From assembly GCA_016873715.1 (NCBI GenBank), contig VGWF01000001.1, positions 394-64,393 on the forward strand: 64,000 nt of DNA, in the 5' to 3' direction. Source of the stretch: Lentisphaerota bacterium (GTDB lineage Bacteria; Verrucomicrobiota; Kiritimatiellia; PWTM01). The notes beneath the pieces are model-generated. The model ran no database searches. It saw only the letters and a list, made by a program, of their open reading frames with translations, and had not been told where the DNA came from. The position numbers and the translations under genes are program-made. Of the stretch, positions 61,958-64,000 are shown in pieces. How positions within the stretch are numbered: the stretch's first letter is position 1; each line of letters opens with the position of its first letter.

Positions 61958-62857
61958 TCACCAGACGGTCGGATCCTCGCCGAGGACCTCCGCGACCTTG
62001 CGGTCGATGATCTGGTCGCGGAACTCCCGGCGCGACTCGATCTCCTTCTTGAGCCGCGCGAGCTCCTCCTCCATCTGGCGGATGCGCGCGGCACGGTCGC
62101 GTTCGCGGAGTTCGTAGGTCTGGCCGACCTGTTCGCGGATGCGGCGGCGGAGCTGTTCCTTGGGCTCGCCCTTCGCGTGATGGTACTGGTCGACCAGTCC
62201 CTTGACGCTGGCCATGTGTTCCGACAACGCGGCCTCGGTGCCGGCGGCCTTGCCGGGGGCCTTCGGCGCGGCGGGGCGGTCGGACTTCTCCCCTGCCGGG
62301 CCGGGGCGCTTCGCGCCGTCGGCGCGGTCGGTGGTCATCGGAGGGCGGACCTCGGCCGGACCGGCGAACGGCGGCCGGGGCGCGTCGCCGCCCTCGGTCT
62401 TGCGCCAGACGTTGGTGCGGCGGGGGTCGCCGCCGGGTTCCCGGAACCGGGTGGACGCCTCCTCGAACCGGCGGCGGAGCGCCTGCTGGAAGGCCTCGGG
62501 GTCCTCCCTGCGCAGCGTGACGAGCCGTTCGTACTCGTCGGGGTGGTTGCGCTTCACGTACTCGAGCAGGCGGTCGACGGGGCGCGCGCCCTCGGTCCAC
62601 GTTCCCGACCCCTGCGGTCGGCCGGGACCGCCCGGGGCGGCGGGGTCGCGAACGCGGTCGGAGCGGGCCGCGGGTTCGGCTTTCTCGGCGGCGGCGTCCG
62701 TCGCCGGGGTCGCGGGCTCGTCGGCATCGCGGCGGACGACAATCTTGGCCCCGGCGTCACGGTCCGACGCCTCCACGGAGTCGGCGGCGACGGAATACGC
62801 GGCGCCGGCAAGCAGGGCCGACGCGGCCGCGATGCGGACCGGCAGGGCCGGGCTCAC
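61958..62857 (-). CDS. Hypothetical exported protein with a Glu/Arg-rich coiled-coil C-terminus, last gene of the sigma/anti-sigma operon.
   Basis: Signal peptide; the start is 1 nt after the anti-sigma stop. Confidence 0.6.
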   Translation of the reverse strand: MSPALPVRIAAASALLAGAAYSVAADSVEASDRDAGAKIVVRRDADEPATPATDAAAEKAEPAARSDRVRDPAAPGGPGRPQGSGTWTEGARPVDRLLEYVKRNHPDEYERLVTLRREDPEAFQQALRRRFEEASTRFREPGGDPRRTNVWRKTEGGDAPRPPFAGPAEVRPPMTTDRADGAKRPGPAGEKSDRPAAPKAPGKAAGTEAALSEHMASVKGLVDQYHHAKGEPKEQLRRRIREQVGQTYELRERDRAARIRQMEEELARLKKEIESRREFRDQIIDRKVAEVLGEDPTVW

Positions 62858-62858
62858 G

Positions 62859-63410
62859 TCAGGCCTCCACCTGGAGCATTCGCGTCGCGATCTCGTCGAG
62901 CGACTCGCCGGACTCCTGCGGATCGAACGGCAGGGCGCGCTTCATGTCCTCGGCCACCGTCGCGAGGTCGTCGCTCAGCAGGTCCATCCGCACGTCGACC
63001 CACTCGTCCATCGCCCACGCGTGGGCGGGGACGGCGGTGCGGGCGACGGCCGGACCGCCCGGGCGCGAGGCGGCGACAACGATGCCGAACCCGATCGCGA
63101 AGGCGGCGACCGCCGCGGCGGCGAGGGCGAGAACCGGGCGGTGGCCGAGGCCGAACCACGCGTGGCGGCGGATCGTCTCCTCCTCCTCGCGGCGGCGGGC
63201 CTCGACGACGAGCGAGGTCACCGTGAAACGGGTGGGCGGGGGCAGGGCCGCGTCCGCGCGCGCCTCGTCGCCGAGATGCAGCAGGGCGGCACGGTAGGAG
63301 CGGCACGACGGGCAGCCGGCCAGGTGCGCGTCGAGGCGCGCCCGGTCGGCGGGCTTCAACTCCCCGCTCGACTCGAGCAGGATGTACTGCGTGGAATGTT
63401 CGCACTTCAT
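62859..63410 (-). CDS. Anti-sigma factor (zinc-finger 'HLAGCPSCR', single TM helix).
   Basis: ATG at 63410..63408 overlaps the sigma-factor stop (ATGA). Confidence 0.75.
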   Translation of the reverse strand: MKCEHSTQYILLESSGELKPADRARLDAHLAGCPSCRSYRAALLHLGDEARADAALPPPTRFTVTSLVVEARRREEEETIRRHAWFGLGHRPVLALAAAAVAAFAIGFGIVVAASRPGGPAVARTAVPAHAWAMDEWVDVRMDLLSDDLATVAEDMKRALPFDPQESGESLDEIATRMLQVEA

Positions 63411-63991
63411 GACGACTGCCCTCCGCAGGCCCTGTACTCGTCCTTCAGGGCCTCCCTCAACTTCAACACCGCGTAATGCATGCGGGCCAGCGCGGTGTTG
63501 ATGCTGACGCCCTGGATCACGGCGATTTCCTTGAACGGAACCTCGCCCTCCGTGCGCAGCAGGAACACCTCCCGCTGCTCCGGCGGGAGCTTGACCAGCT
63601 CCTCCCGGATGCGCCGGCCGAGATCGCGTCCCGCGGTCTCCGACGCCGGCCCGATCCCGGCGGCCGGGACGCGGTTGATCCAACTGCTCTGCGTCTGCGT
63701 GCCCGCCGAACTCGGCTGGACGAACGGCTTGCACCGCCGGGCGAGGTCGATGATCAGGTTGTGGGCGATGCGGAAGAGCCATCCCAGGAGGTTCTCCTCC
63801 CGGAAGGCGTCCAGCTTCCGGATCGCGCGAATCCAGACTTCCTGAAAGACCTCGTCGGCGTCCGTCCGCCCCTCGGTCATCTTGAGAATGAACGAATAGA
63901 GCGGCCGGCGGTAGTGCTCGACAAGCTTCCCGAGGGCCTCCCGGCTGCCCTTCCGGTACTCGTCCAGCCACGCGCGTTCCTGAGCGTCCAT
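63407..63991 (-). CDS. ECF-family RNA polymerase sigma factor (sigma-70 regions 2 and 4).
   Basis: 'VFQEVWIRAIRKLDAF' (region 2) and 'FKEIAVIQGVSINTALARM' (region 4 HTH). Confidence 0.85.
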   Translation of the reverse strand: MDAQERAWLDEYRKGSREALGKLVEHYRRPLYSFILKMTEGRTDADEVFQEVWIRAIRKLDAFREENLLGWLFRIAHNLIIDLARRCKPFVQPSSAGTQTQSSWINRVPAAGIGPASETAGRDLGRRIREELVKLPPEQREVFLLRTEGEVPFKEIAVIQGVSINTALARMHYAVLKLREALKDEYRACGGQSS

Positions 63992-64000
63992 CGATGTCCG

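Overview
This is a high-GC (~70%) window of about 41 genes that looks like a polysaccharide/glycoconjugate-utilization locus of a sulfatase-rich bacterium. The composition is typical of Planctomycetota, Verrucomicrobiota or Kiritimatiellota. It carries ten Cys-type sulfatase genes (11 sulfatase domains, each with a C-x-P-x-R formylglycine motif). It also carries two or three BNR/sialidase genes, a neutral-ceramidase-like gene and an alkaline-ceramidase-family membrane protein. Other glycan-degrading genes are a 1433-aa LamG + GH32/43-like multidomain protein, a beta-helix lyase-like protein and several putative glycoside hydrolases. Regulatory and accessory genes include an IclR regulator, a Gfo/Idh/MocA oxidoreductase with a xylose-isomerase-like TIM-barrel protein, a B12-binding radical SAM protein, one tRNA-Thr(UGU), and an ECF sigma/anti-sigma operon at the 3' end. 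The most unusual content is a three-member paralogous family of ~1000-1300-aa secreted proteins. Each combines a PD40/TolB-like beta-propeller, two CxxCH motifs (the second in a Planctomycete-cytochrome-c PSCyt1-like context, 'RHCxxCHxxxKPKGGLDLT') and LamG or beta-sandwich modules. Two of them are tandem, translationally coupled, and sit directly behind the IclR gene. Other notable features are a ~230-bp heptanucleotide tandem repeat, three copies of a 25-bp REP-like palindrome, and a 40-bp palindromic motif ~90-100 bp upstream of two sulfatase genes. There is also an in-frame TGA inside an FG-GAP lipoprotein gene followed by a perfect hairpin, a 28-bp direct repeat flanking a 336-bp hairpin-containing segment, and a 68-aa Cys-rich small ORF. 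No transposases, integrases, CRISPR arrays or rRNA were seen. Many long ORFs in the track on the opposite strand or in alternate frames are GC-driven artefacts.
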